Part shown: positions 24,266-38,288 of the stretch, in pieces | Layout of the letters: each line of letters opens with the position of its first letter | Position numbering within the stretch: the stretch's first letter is position 1 | From: Schizochytrium sp. TIO01 | Lineage: Eukaryota; Protista; Bigyra: Labyrinthulomycetes | Length of the DNA stretch: 64,000 bases | Reading direction: 5' to 3' | Assembly (NCBI GenBank): GCA_004764695.1 | Contig: SMSO01000031.1 | Coordinates: 5,432,436 to 5,496,435 of the forward strand | Translations under genes and position numbers: made by a program | The notes under the pieces: generated by a model | What the model was told of the DNA's origin: nothing | The model's input: the letters and a program-made list of their open reading frames with translations, nothing else | Database searches by the model: none

Positions 24266-26660
24266 TACTACAAAGTCAAACACCAATTTCCAAGGTTCTG
24301 CTCCTGCACCTCGAATATGGGCGGTGATGTGCCTTTATCCTGGCACGAGAGTTTCGGATCTGCTGTTTCAATCTGTCTTTTCCTATCTCACTGGGTGCAA
24401 TCGGTCCTCGCATTGTACCTATAACCTGTAAAGCAGCCCCTCTAACGAGGTAGGTAGGTACAAACTCGTGCCAGATTAAGTAGAGTATTAGGTTAAACGG
24501 TAGAATCAATAGACTTCTCCCCCCTTTTAGCCCATATAAAATACACTTTCAATTTAGCCCTCCCCCCCTTTGTCCCTAAAACAGTCCATGTTACACCAGC
24601 TCGTGCAAGTGCGAGCTAGGTACATGTGTATTCTCATGATTGTCTTTGAAGAGGGAATGAACAGCTTCGTTACACAACACATCAGCACATTATAGTTACT
24701 ATAGAGAAACCAACTCTCTGCCTACCTCAATTTCTACGCTGCAGTTCTCTAGAGAGTTCAATTATAGACAATTTACAACCTCAGTCCTAGTACTGTGGTG
24801 ATGCGCCATGGTAATACCCAACGCTGCAAACAACTCCATGTCAGTAGGCGAATCTAGTACCTTCTACCTAGGTACTTACTACCTCCACACCTGGGTACAC
24901 ACCGGACAATGGTCGTGACCAGTCCCCGTCCGCAGATTGTCTACTATTTGCTTTCTGGTTCCGTGCTATTAATAAATAAATAGTCTTATTTAATTTATCC
25001 CCCCCCCCTGATTACCATACCAGTGATGGCATGACGCACGTGCAGTTTGATCTACCTTAGCGCGTTGAGTAGCAAATATTGCACTCTCGTATATCTTCCC
25101 TTTTCGCTAATATCTATTTAAAAAACTGATATCGTAGACGTAATTTCATATATATATATTACATGTACACTAGTACTGCCAAACTGTTGGAGGCAGATCG
25201 GTCGAAGTTAAAAAGCTGATTTTAACTGATAATATATTTTGAATGGACCATCTTTCATTATTTTATAGGTGTGGTATTTTCCAATAAGCCGCTTTGTGAA
25301 AGTGTGCAAGATCGTGAACTCAAATCATCCTTGAATTTAAGAGTTGCTATTAACAACACCTATGCTGCTTCGACGAATACTCTTGCTCTAAAATGTCTAA
25401 AGAAACACGACAGCTATCTCAGTGAAGGTCACTGGAGCACAGTCAACAGGAAATGTGAACAAAATCAATCAACCGCGCTCTTGACACCATGAAAGTGAGT
25501 TTGTTAAGCTAAAACATTACATCCTCCCAGAACATTGATCATTTAGAGTATACATCACTGGCATTGATTCTCAGTGCTTATTGATGCTGAAATGCACCTA
25601 TTACATTTCACGTGTTAGAAGCCCTTGCTTTTCATCTTATTTAAGTAATATACAGCTACTGCCTAACCTCACTTAACATAACCTAATCTAACCAAGCTCC
25701 CATGTCCAACACATCCTGTGTATTGGACTCACATCATACAATCATCGCTGCCTGTATCCAGACCCGAAACCCTTATAACTCATATATCATCCTCTTTCTC
25801 TTTCTCCTGAGTTCGCCATCCTTGTCAGACTACCTCTGCACGCTTCACAGCACAAGCTACTCTGCAATACATCTTGAGGATATTTAATAGAAATTTTTAA
25901 TTGGAACGCTTATATAAATTAAACGTGGCTGGAGCTCTCGGCAATCCTTCTTCAACCTATGAGCGCTAAGATGTATTCAATGCCCACCACTAAAATTAGG
26001 TGGTCAAAATAAAACATTTCCCCATTCTATGAGTTAATGAAATTTATAGAAGGAGTAATCCAGAAGTATACAGAGGGATGGATATCAAGCAGATAAAGAA
26101 CTCTACTACCGTCCTAGTATCATAGAAAAAAGAGGTGTGCTCTACTCTATTCAGTAACTTTATTTCTCCCATGATCAAGGTTTCCAATCAGACTTTGCAT
26201 ACCAAAAATCACCAACACGCACCTATTGCATTTACCAGCAAAATTATTGCAACTACAACCATCGTGTAATAAGTTTAACTTCGACAAATTTACTATTAAA
26301 AGAGTACATATCAACTTTACTACGTACATACTAAATTTCTTATTTTAATTTAGAAATTTGTAGATAGTAAAGACATGAAGCAAGATGTTTTCCGTTTTCT
26401 TTTTTGTTCCATATTTTAGCGTATCTTGGAACTAAATACTCATAAATAAGGGCCTGCCTGCTAGTTCTTCGCAGTGACATTGCAGAATAATGGAGTCTCC
26501 ACTCACTCGTCTAATTACGAAAGATACAGTAAGGTTACTGTTTACATAATCACAGTCCGGCAAATAAATCGGACTTGAACAACACCAAGATAAACCTCAT
26601 AATAGAAGTGACCTATTAATTATGAACTCCATGCTGAGATCTCCAATCGAAGCAACTAGT

Positions 26661-27843
26661 GGACAAGACATTGCTAGAGTTCTTGGTGTCCCTTTGTAAA
26701 ATCTCATTAGACATAAGGTTTACAATAGAGCAAGAATAGGCAGCCAGACTCACGTGACTGCTGCAGCCAAGAACTAGAAGTGTGAATACACGTTAACTAC
26801 ACCCAAGCTTGGTATATCTTGACTCGGTGGTTAGAGAAGTTGGATTAACCTAACCCCATCGACTCTCTCTAACCACATTCAAGAATGTCTTAATCTCCCT
26901 AACCACTACATGAATCCATCTGTCTTGGAATTCATTCCCCAGGACAGCAGTTCGCTAACTCGTAAATCAATCTTCTTAAAGCTTTCATCAAGCCTCTTGC
27001 CTTCATCTTCACAGTCAACCTGAAGCTAATCAGAATTACCTTTCAGCACTCCACTTTGTGTCACTTTCTCTGCATCTGCAGATTTACATGGCCGCACGGT
27101 TCATCTTTGGGTGGAGAATATATCATCGAATTGCCGCTCTTCTCCTACAAATCCACACTAGATAAAATGGCCGTTTATCGCCACGGCTAGCTATTGTTTT
27201 TAACTGCACACAGAATGATTATAGAGTCCAGTACATACCATGAAAGAATATTTGCTTGTCACCACCTTGCTGACAGGGAATGGGTTATTCTTCTCGATCT
27301 CCAGCACTCGTCAAATCAATTCTTTCCAAGTTCGTTCCTAGGCCTCATGGTGACAAAATTGCCGATCTCATAGAAACTGGTGCTAGACATCCTGTTGGAG
27401 CGAACATCAGAAAAATAGAATTAGATGATGCGATACTTCAATACAACCCCCCCCCCCAGAAAATGCTTCACCAACTGTCCAACATTGAGTTTGCTTATAT
27501 ATACAATTGAAGGAACTTGCTGACAAGACATTGTTAGAGTTCTACGCATCAATTTGTAAGATAGTGTTTACAATAGAATAAAACAAGACAACCAGACTTG
27601 TGCGGTTGAGAAATCAAGAATCAAAATGTATAGCACACTCGCAAGAATGAATTTAGAGTCTGGATTAATGGATAAAGAGACGGGTTAACCTAACCTTGTC
27701 GATTGAGTCTGACACAGTTCAAGTATGTCTTAGTCTCCTGACTACAGCATTAGGAAGACTGCCTTGGACTTGGATTCCAAGGATAGCAGATCTCCAAACC
27801 TTTAAACTATAGATTATCATGCGCTAATCTTCATAGTCAACCT
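26661..27843. repeat. Two diverged direct copies (~26661-27022 and ~27521-27843) of a degenerate element, possibly a transposon relic
   Basis: Collinear shared blocks GACAAGACATTG(C/T)TAGAGTTCT, TTTACAATAGA, CCAGACT, TTAACCTAACC, TTCAAG(A/T)ATGTCTTA and AGTCAACCT; no intact ORF. Confidence 0.55.
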
Positions 27844-29506
27844 CTAGTTGGCCTGATTTATTCCTCAGCAATATTGTCAAGTTTCCTTTTAATTAAGTTA
27901 GATGATAAATTCTGACTAACTTGAGCGGTAGCAATATAAATGAACCTACCATTTTATATAATGACTGGATTCTTCAGAAACTTGTTTCTGTATACGGCTA
28001 CATTAATGAAACTGTTCATATAATATCCTACACAAACGCTAATCAGGAATTGAGACAAGAATACCATGGGGTTCTAGTAGGCCTTTAAGATATCACACCT
28101 TGGAGAGCACCCCCCGCTATTATTTGTAAGATAAATTATGTTTACTGCTGTTCATCCAATTCAGTATAATGAGCCAATTTTGGTATTACAGTTGGATCAG
28201 TAGGTTGTTAACCATACCCTTACAAGATATTTTATAAAGCACAAGTGTTTACCGTGCAACCAAACGTCTAGCCTCGATCATTTAGTTTGACGTCATTTCT
28301 AAGAGTCTACTGCAGGGAAATATTGAAGGGTGACGTTTTTTTTTTCGTAATGCAGCAGTAGATGAAATTGCCAGGATATTTATACTCGAATCAACCTAAA
28401 CATTTGTCTATATAAGCATAATGAGAACAGGGTGAAAACTCAAAGTGTAGCTTTTCTGGTTGACCTTTAGATTTTACACTAAACCAAAGGCACTTCGAAC
28501 ACATCATTTGTGTGTTACTCACCTATCTGTATATGCATTTGATATGAAATTTAAGGATTACGTGCAAGCAGTTTTCAGTCGAAGTGTAAGAAACTCTTTA
28601 ACATTTGGCGTTTAAAACTATGGTAAAAATTTCAAACGCTTCAAGAGTTGCTCCATGTTAATAAACTAGTTCTATGCTCCGAGTGATGCTTGGAACGATG
28701 TTGGTCGAATTGACCGATTGTGCTAAATCTATGTGGTCTGAAATATCATACGATGGTCTATACATGCCATGGTTGTGAAGGGGGTGCAAGAGCAAGGTCT
28801 GCGTAGCATCTATAAACTATAAACATGAAAGCGGCTAGTTTGAGTTGTCAATAATGACAAGAGTAAAAGAGCTTACCACGAGACATACACCAATTCTAAT
28901 TTCTTAAATTTTCTGTTTGTTGATGAAAAGGTGGGCCAGATTAGAATAAACTAATATCCTTTCCTGTGCCGAAATATAAATCTGGTCAGCTGGAAATTGA
29001 CAACGACGATGGAGGCAAGAGTCTTGACGAAGGCTTTAAGAACGTTGATTTTAAGAGTTAGTGAACTGCTTTACCTAAAAATGAATTCCAAGGAAAGCTG
29101 ATTCCTGTAATATTTAGGAGGTTAAGACATTCCTGAACTGTGTTAGATAGACTTGACGGGGCTAGGTTAATTCATCCCCTTCAACCACCAATTCAAGTTG
29201 CACCATACTTTATTCTATGAAATGTATAGACACGCTTATGGTTGTTGGCTTCTCACCCACGTAAGTCTGGATGTCTAGTTCTGCGCTATTGCAAGCCCTA
29301 TGTTCATGAAGTCCTTACATACGGATGCATGAGCTCTATCAACGTCTTGTCTACCAGTTTTTTCGATTGAAGATCTCAACACCTACTTATTCTAATGCCC
29401 CTATATGTATTTGCGAATTAGGTTTTTAATCACAAATCAATTTTCAAAACGAAGAAAATCGGATTACTAATTTTGAAGTGAATAGTTCATTGCCACTGTT
29501 TACGTA

Positions 29507-32500
29507 TCAAACAACGTTCATCCTCTCATCAGAAGGCAACGAAGAAGAGGAGTAGGTTTTTGCATGAGCAAAACTGCTTTCTGAAGATGTTGACTCAGCG
29601 TCCTCGTTTATACGGCTATTACGACATTTTGAAAGAAAAACACAACCAAAAGCAGCTATTATAGCAAAGAATACAGTCGCTAGGACAGTTGTGCTTATTT
29701 CCCAGGCAGTAGGACCTCGCTTAACACTTTCTGAAAGGTTCTCAGATTGGGGTGGAGATGATGCAGCAATTGTAGTTTCTACAGATCTGTAGGATATTTC
29801 TCCGTTTGAGAAGACAGCAACAGTCTTCTTAATCGTCACAGGAATGAAATCGCTTGATAAGTCAATACTCCTAACTCTTGCCTCGCCGCCAGTCGTAGAG
29901 GTGTTTGTCTCACCACGGTGGTAGTCTTCGTGGTCATCATTCTCACGAGGGTCACCGCGGTGGTAGCCTTCACGGCCATCCTCACCATGGTCACCACGGT
30001 GGTAGCCTTCGTGGTCATCATCCTCACGAGGGTCACCGCGGTGGTAGCCTTCACGGCCATCCTCACCATGGTCACCACGGTGGTAGCCTTCGTGGTCATC
30101 ATTCTCACGAGGGTCACCGCGGTGGTAGCCTTCACGACCATCCTCACCATGGTCACCACGGTGGTAGCCTTCGTGGTCATCATTCTCACGAGGGTCACCG
30201 CGGTGGTAGCCTTCACGGCCGTCCTCACCATGGTCACCACGGTGGTAGCCTTCGTGGTCATCATTCTCACGAGGGTCACCGCGGTGGTAGCCTTCACGGC
30301 CATCCTCACCATGGTCACCACGGTGGTAGCCTTCGTGGTCATCATCCTCACGAGGGTCACCGCGGTGGTAGCCTTCACGACCATCCTCACCATGGTCACC
30401 ACGGTGGTAGCCTTCGTGGTCATCATTCTCACGAGGGTCACCGCGGTGGTAGCCTTCACGGACCATCCTCACCATGGTCACCACGGTGGTAGCCTTCGTG
30501 GTCATCATTCTCACGAGGGTCACCGCGGTGGTAGCCTTCACGGCCATCCTCACCATGGTCACCACGGTGGTAGCCTTCGTGGTCATCATCCTCACGAGGG
30601 TCACCACGGTGGTAGCCTTCACGGACCATCCTCACCATGGTCACCACGGTGGTAGCCTTCGTGGTCATCATTCTCACGAGGGTCACCACGGTGGTAGCCT
30701 TCGCGGTCATCATCCTCACGATCACCACGGTGGTAGCCTTCATGGCCATCCTCATGAGGGTCACCACGGTGGTAGCCTTCACGGTCATCATTATCACGGT
30801 CACCACGTTCGTAATCTCCATTTAGGCCGTGATTATGGTAGTCGCTGCGGTTGTAATTCCCATCAGGGCCGTGATGATGGTAGTTGGTGCGATTGTAATC
30901 TCCATCATGGTCGTGGTGATAGTCGCTGTGGTTGTAGTCTCCATCATGGTTGTGAAGATGGTACTCGCTGCGGTTATAGTCTCCATCAGGGCCGTGGTGA
31001 TAGTCGCTGCGGTTGTAGTCTCCATTATGGTCGTGATGATGGTACTCGCTGCGGTTATAGTCTCCATCAGGGCCGTGGTGATAGTCGCTGCGGTTGTAGT
31101 CTCCATTATGGTCGTGATGATGGTACTCGCTGCGGTTATAGTCTCCATCAGGGCCGTGGTGATAGTCGCTGCGGTTGTAGTCTCCATCATGGTTGTGATG
31201 ATGGTACTCGCTGCGGTTATAGTCTCCATCAGGGCCGTGGTGATAGTCGCTGCGGTTGTAGTCTCCATTATGGTCGTGATGATGGTACTCGCTGCGGTTA
31301 TAGTCTCCATCAGGGCCGTGGTGATAGTCGCTGCGGTTGTAGTCTCCATTATGGTCGTGATGATGGTACTCGCTGCGGTTATAGTCTCCATCAGGGCCGT
31401 GGTGATAGTCACTGCGGTTGTAATCTCCATCAGGTCCTTGATGCTGGTAGTCGCGGTGGTGTTCATCACGATTATCAAACGCACCACGGTAGTGCTCGTC
31501 ACGAATCATCATCGCCACCACGGTGGTGTTCATCACGATCATCATCGCCACCACGGTGGTGTTCATCACGATCATCATCATCGCCACCACGGTGGTGTTT
31601 CATCACGATCATCATCATCGCCACCACGGTGGTGTTCATCACGATCATCATCATCGCCACCACGGTGGTGCTCGTCACGATCATCATCGCCACCACGGTG
31701 GTGTTCATCACGATCATCATCATCGCCACCACGGTGGTGTTCATCACGATCATCATCATCGCCACCACGGTGGTGCTCGTCACGATCATCATCGCCACCA
31801 CGGTGGTGGTTCATCACGATCATCATCATCGCCACCACGGTGGTGTTCATCACGATATCATCATCGCCACCACGGTGTGCTCGTCACGATCATCATCGCC
31901 ACCACGGTGGTGTTCATCACGATCATCATCATCGGCCACCACGGTGGTGTTCATCACGATCATCATCATCGCCACCACGGTGGTGTTCATCACGATCATC
32001 ATCATCGCCACCACGGTGGTGTTCATCACGATCATCATCATCGCCACCACGGTGGTGTTCATCACGATCATCATCATCGCCACCACGGTGGTGTTCATCA
32101 CGATCATCATCATCACCACGGTGGTGTTCATCATGATCACCATCGCCACCACGGTGATGTTCATCACGTTCATCATCATAATGATTGTTGGCTCCTTGAC
32201 TTTGCGAATGGTTGTTGTCACCACCATGGTGGAATGCATGCAAAATGTCAAAGTTTTCTGCGTCCTTCGTGTTTACGGTAAAACCAAGGTCTCGAAGTGC
32301 GTTAACTGAAAGAACAGAAAGAGGAGAGATTCTACCATTGAGGTGCGAAGTCATGAGTTCTGTTCCCAAACTGTCCTCGTCCCAATGGAGTGCCCCGCTA
32401 GAGACATCATTCGAAAGAGGTACACTTGTAGCATCTGCATTATTCGAGACCACCATGTAACCTCGTACACCATACTTCCCATTGTACTTTGACCCAGTAG

Positions 32501-32993
32501 CAAGGCCTTGAGAGGTCCACATCGTTCCAAGACCTAGTATATGACCAATTTCATGTGCCAACAGACGGGTCGTGAAGAAGTCGTTATCAGTGATATAGGG
32601 TTTGAAGTCCTCTGCATCGAGAGTAATCACTCCAATGCGAGGGAAGAATGTCCCATCTGCCTCGGCATATACACATGGCTCGGCCTGAATTGATTTCGCG
32701 GCGGACTTGATTTGCAAAAGAACCCGAAGATTTGTCACAGACTCCCCTGCTTCAAACGATTTTTCTACTTGGCAAAACTCTTGAATATTAGTCCTGCTTG
32801 AAAAGACAAGATCTTCGAGTTCTGTCAAGATAACTTTATTCCACATTGATGCTGCTTCATCTAGAAAGTGTTGAATAGCTTCGTCATATCCATCGAGCTC
32901 ATTTTCAACAATTTCGACATTAATGAAAGAGGCTTGTGCTAAGATCGTAGAGAAAAGCACTACGATCGAACCAAAGTAGAGAGCTAAGCTCAT
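29507..32993 (-). CDS. Leishmanolysin/GP63-like (M8-type) zinc metalloprotease, type I membrane protein with His/Asp/Arg/Gly repeat stalk; ~1160 aa after correcting 8 single-base indels
   Basis: Signal peptide MSLALYFGSIVVLFSTILAQA, HEIGHILGLG zinc motif, third His in ALHWDE, Met-turn ELMT, and C-terminal TM VLATVFFAIIAAFGCVFL. Indels relative to the repeat consensus at ~31934(+1), 31877(-1), 31857(-1), 31809(+1), 31600(+1), 31504(+1), 30623(+1) and 30461(+1). Net +4 gives 1161 codons. Confidence 0.85.
29910..32170 (-). repeat. Three consecutive coding tandem-repeat blocks in the protease stalk
   Basis: ~31500-32170: 33/36-bp HHRGGDDD(D)RDE. ~30830-31430: 81-bp DYHHGPDGDYNRSEYHHHDHNGDYNRS. 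~29910-30800: 81-bp EGYHRGDPRENDDHEGYHRGDHGEDGR. Confidence 0.95.
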
Positions 32994-35900
32994 GACCTTG
33001 TTCAGGTTATTACCGAGTCACTTGTCGCCAATGTTTCGGATTTGCTGAAGGTTGCAAGCTTGAAAATGTCATCAATAATGAATGTTCAAATATGGATGAT
33101 CAGGTGATATCCTTCTCAGGTGAGCACATTTATTTTTCTCAAAATAATGAAAGTGACATGGAAGGGCAAAATTGATGGTTAGACCCATCTGATGAACTTT
33201 TCTCGGGCCGCTTGACAACCTTTCAGCAAATATCACGCACTTAGGTGCATTGGAATCGCGTCATCATCAGGAAGGTATAAAGATCGCCTTCCGTTCTATG
33301 TTTGAATTCAACTTCCGAAGCTTCACTCTATAGATATCGATTGACCAATTCAGCAAATTCAATTATTGAGCCATATTTTCCGTCGAAAGTATGTTCAGAG
33401 AGGTTCCTCAAAGCATGCCAGCCTTGAATTAACGCTTGAAGTGAAACCTTTTCAAGGGAGTCACAAGTTTTTTAGTCGTTCATATAACATGAATCAGCAA
33501 GCCACTCGATACTGATTGCTCTTATGCTTCGAAGTAACGAAAATACTATGCTAATTCTGCAGTGCCACTTCACCCAGGTGGTATTGTTCTAATATAGCTA
33601 GCTGTTCAGTGCTAAGAAAACATAATTTCTGAAGCCTACTGTTTCAAACCACTCAGAGACTATTCTTAATTTATTTTAATTTGGCAAAACTCATATAGAT
33701 ATAATTAAACTTCACCAGAATATTTCCTCCAATTTTCCCAGAGACACCTGGTTTTGAAATTTTTATTCGCCCGCTGCTACTTGTTTTCGTTGAAGTTCTC
33801 TCGAGAAAAGTGAATAAGTGTATTTTATTCCCCATGCTTACTTCAAAAAAAAAATATTTTGTTCTTTTATTCATTCGTTTTTCAACTTTCATGCTTTATA
33901 TGTGATTTAAAAGAAAAAAAGAAAAAAATAGAAACGAGCTCTTAAACCACAGATGCTGCACATAGAGGCATATTCCCCTCAGCATGAAGAGTTGCACTCC
34001 CACAGTGCGCGCGCAATGCACGGGTTCACTCTTCAAGCATAAGCATATTCACGAGACGTATTACCCCACATTCGCAAGGTTAGCACGTGCTTGATGCTCA
34101 GTAACTTCCAACTGGACCTAAAAATTTATTTGTGGTCTGGTCACCCCGTACATTTCGTAGGTGCCATGGCCTGTTGACATATGAGTTGACCATATTAACT
34201 GTAATGAATTGATAGCTGCTAGTGCACGACCCAATGCACAATCATGCGCCAGAACCAACAGAATTGAGACAACCGTGTTTATGATATGCATGAGATGCTA
34301 GTAGCGCGGAGGTACAAGCTCAACAACCGAGGGGACGGGTGACGCGGGTGGTAGATCATCGTCAGGGCTCAGTGCGCCTGCGCGTGCATAATTCGCAGCC
34401 GTTGAAATATCCAACTGAAACCTTGATACCCTAAAGATAACTATTTCAATTGCAAAGCGAACATATGTTCTTTAAGTGAACGCACTCATGCAAAAATTTA
34501 GGCTGTATAAAAAAAAGAAAAAAATCTGCTTCAGCACAAACTGAGTGAGACAAGCCTGAAGATCTATGTTGTAAAGAACGAACTCTCTTGTATTACTTAG
34601 CAATTATAGGATATTTAAGTGTAAACTCTGATCAAACTCAGCTAAAGAATGAAATCCTTGATTGATTTCTCTGCAGCATGTTGCATTGGAGAATGTCAGT
34701 CATTTCGAGCCATGATGAAGTCACTACTGGGACGATAGACCATGGTAAAATGTACCTTGTCGGATAAATGAAAAACGAAGCCCCCTCCAAAAACTCCGAA
34801 AGGGGACATTGAAAATAATAGTATTAGGGGAAATATTCAGCTAGTTGTCTTGGCTAGACCTAACCTTACCTGATCCTTCAGCGTGACATTGACCACTCAA
34901 TATGCCTATATGTGGAACCTCAATAACCTTAATATCATCCTTTTCTCTTTCACATTCCTCGCCATTAATACTCCAGACCGTTATTTCATTCTTTCTATAT
35001 AAAAAGTAACAACGCAGAAAGTAGCTTTCCTTCGAGTCTCTCTGGCCTCTGCCATGAAGACAAAAGCTTCCTTGCAGGCTTTCTGTTACGGAGTGCTTTG
35101 TGTGCCTTTGTTGAAATACAAGCTGATGCCGAGCAACAGTAAAGTTAGTAAACAGCAAATCTGCTCTTTTTTCGACAAAACAAAACATATAACTTTCTCA
35201 ACAAGTGATGAATTTCTGTTTTAGATTGACACTACTGAGAAGGAAAACTGACACAGCACTACGTCATGACTTCGCAAAACTCAAAGGAACACCTTCATGA
35301 CAAGACCATGGTGACGTGCCAGTCAACATAGTGATGTGTCTATGTCACGGAAGGAAGGGGACGAAGCAAGCCTCAAAATGAGTTTGCAAGACAATCCGAC
35401 GAGGTTAGTAAAGCTATAGGTCCTCTACCCTCTTATTTGAGTTGAAGCATGTGCCTTTTGAGCAATCGATTATTTATTCTGTGAATATTACAAATCTTGT
35501 GTGCATGATAAAGAAATGCCTCATATTTCTTTCCCAAGCACGAAAGTATCCGACATGATTGAGAAATTCCAGACCTGTCTTACATAGGTTAATGTGTATA
35601 AGTATTTGCTTTAATCTAGTTTACATTAAGAAAAAATGAAATTTTACACTGTTTTTTAGTTGTGGTGTTCCTTATTATTGAGTTATGCAGGTCAGAAAAG
35701 AACATCCTAAATCGGAACTGGTGTACCTGTTGTTTATTGTACAGCTTGCAGTTCTGTGCTGGAAGAAAAAGTCACACTTCTTTACTTCAAGATGTTCCTT
35801 TGCATGTCCAATTCACACCGATATAGTTTGGCTCTCTCCTTCAGAAGATTCTTCCTTTCACAGATGCAAGATGTTCTACGTTCATGATTCATTGAAGCAG

Positions 35901-38288
35901 CTGTGTATTTCCTGAGAAACAACAACGAGCTAATTCCCCAAGCTTGAGACAAGAAAGAAAGTTGCTGGGTACTACTATTCCTATTGAGTTAACCACCTAG
36001 ATAGAATATCTAGTGTTACAAAGTTGACTATAACGAGAAGTGCGTATAAAAGCAAATGAAGGAACTAGCCAAGCACGGTTGTGCGCATTCTGTTTGGCTG
36101 TGTACTCACATGTGTCTCAACTGCTTTGAAACTGACTCGAACAGCAACCTTAATGTATGTTTGAAGAAAAACACAATCTTCAGTGGGCGCACAACACTAC
36201 ACCATCACAGAGATCTCGTGGGAGATGCAAACCGCTTAACACTTTTGTTGACACTCTAAGCACATGTTGATTAAATTTGCGTGTTCCCCTCTTGGAGGCA
36301 TATTGCAAGTTAGCGTGAGGCGATCACCAAGAGATAGCGTAGGTAGAGAAATGAAGGAAAAGAAAAGTTAGAATTAATATTCAGGAACTGCTGACAAGGC
36401 CCATTGTCAAAGTCTATAGGCTTTGGTCTTGTCTTCGGCACATTGAGATGATCCGTTCGACACATAACTGTAAAACTTCGATAAGGCATAATTAAGTAGA
36501 GTCAATAGTTTCTTTCAACAGATGAATCAGAATGTAGTAATTTTAAATTCATCATTGTAGAATATGTCTTTGAACACTGCTAAAGCTTATCATGTGGGAT
36601 TCTATTAAGTCAAGTAGCCAGATTAAAATATGCAGTTCATGGGGCGCAGCAAAATTTGTATCATCTGTGCTGAGATTACCAATCAAAGAGTTCTGTGGAG
36701 AAGAGTCATTGTCACACTATTAAAAGTCCTCGTAGTCTAGGACTTGAAAGAATATGACTATCAGATACGAAGGAGTGAGACCAAGGAAATTCATAAGTGA
36801 ATGTGAAATACACAACCAAAGACTTGTGTTGAACAAGCGAGCTAGCCTAACCCCTTGAGCTCTGAGTTTTAACAGTCTTAGTCTCATACTCAGGGTATGA
36901 ACTGTCCCACTTGTTCAATATCTTTACGCAGCAGCAGCTAATCATTTACTAGGAAAGTAAATCCTTGAATGCACAAAACTCTTGAAGTTTTGGTGCTGAG
37001 TGTTCATCTCCAAGGTTTGAAATCGCTAACTGTGTACGCCGAAGCATAAAAAGATGCCTCCATCTTCCTATATAACCTCTGGCTGCTTAGAGATCATTTT
37101 TAATAGCCTCCTCCTATAGCGATTATGCATTTACTTTGTAGCTTCTGTGGTATCCACAATTCTATCATTGTCTCGCAATCTCAGATTGATGGAGTAAACT
37201 AATTCCCTTATCACTCTGTGTGTTCTTGCAATGCTCTCTTCTACAAAATCTTTGAAGAACAACTTAAAGAGGCGATCAGGAAGGCAATGTTTTGCCTTTG
37301 GAGGTTCGTTGAGTCAACTTTGTTCTGAGAGTTTAAGATGTGGAAATTGAATGTTTTCCTTGAGAAGAGTCCATGCTTCGAATAGTAAATCTGGATGCAG
37401 GGCATATCAAGATTAAAGAATTTCGAGGATTACATAACTGATGGTTTCATTCCAGCTTTCAAAAGTTGTCTGGAGTGCAAAGGCATGCGTTCAGGGTCTA
37501 ACCTTTACGATTGATTTGTTGTGTAATATTAAATAGTGACCAAGATAAAGCGAATCTCTTTATTACCCAGGTTGTCATAGGTCCGGAGAAAGGTTGTGTC
37601 TGTAAAATTACTCTTGCTCCTGCCTTTGATGGAGTTCTTTTGCAAATTGGAAAAGCCCAGCACCTCGCAACCGTAATATCATGGTGTTATATGTTTGATA
37701 GGACTGTACAATAAGAAGTTGCGTATTACAGGCCCTCTGATGCTAGGACTGTGCAGAATTTAAATTACAAGGAGGTGGGGGAAATCGTCAGGTTAAGGGT
37801 TTCAGTGCTGTTAGAAGAACTTCATTTTGGCTTTTGATGAAAACATAAAGAAGTAGTTGCTTTCTAAAATGAGTACTACTGAGGACTGCCAAAGAGATTT
37901 AAATAAAAAGAATTTTTGAGTTTATAATATATAGTTTCTGATATTTTGCGGTGTTGCTGAATGAACTATCGAAGGAACGGAGAGAGTAAAACTAAGAAAA
38001 ATTTTGTACCCCATAATAAAGTAAATATGTTCCTTGGCCTGGAAAAATAAAGTTAAGAAAGAATATATATCATGAGTCAAATGTTAACAAACCATTACTC
38101 TGGTCTAGTTTATGTTAAATTTATGTTAAGTTTTAGTACTTCCCCTCACGAAGAACCTTGCATGAATACACATTATAAATTTTGATCCTGTTGGCAGACG
38201 TCGGTACTATCTGGAAAAGAGCAATTAATTTCTTGCCTTCTAGTCAACGGCGCTTAAGCAAAAGCTAATCATTAAAGATTCGATTAGT

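Noticed and set aside
30456-31935. Programmed frameshifting or phase variation in the protease repeats
   Set aside because: The indels are single bases in repeats. At 30461 and 30623 the sequence has both alternative bases of a G/A polymorphic site (TTCACGGACC), typical of consensus error, and correcting them restores one ORF.
29836-32309. Long Val/Ile/Thr/Met-rich ORFs in other frames and on the plus strand
   Set aside because: Shadow frames of the stop-free coding repeats.
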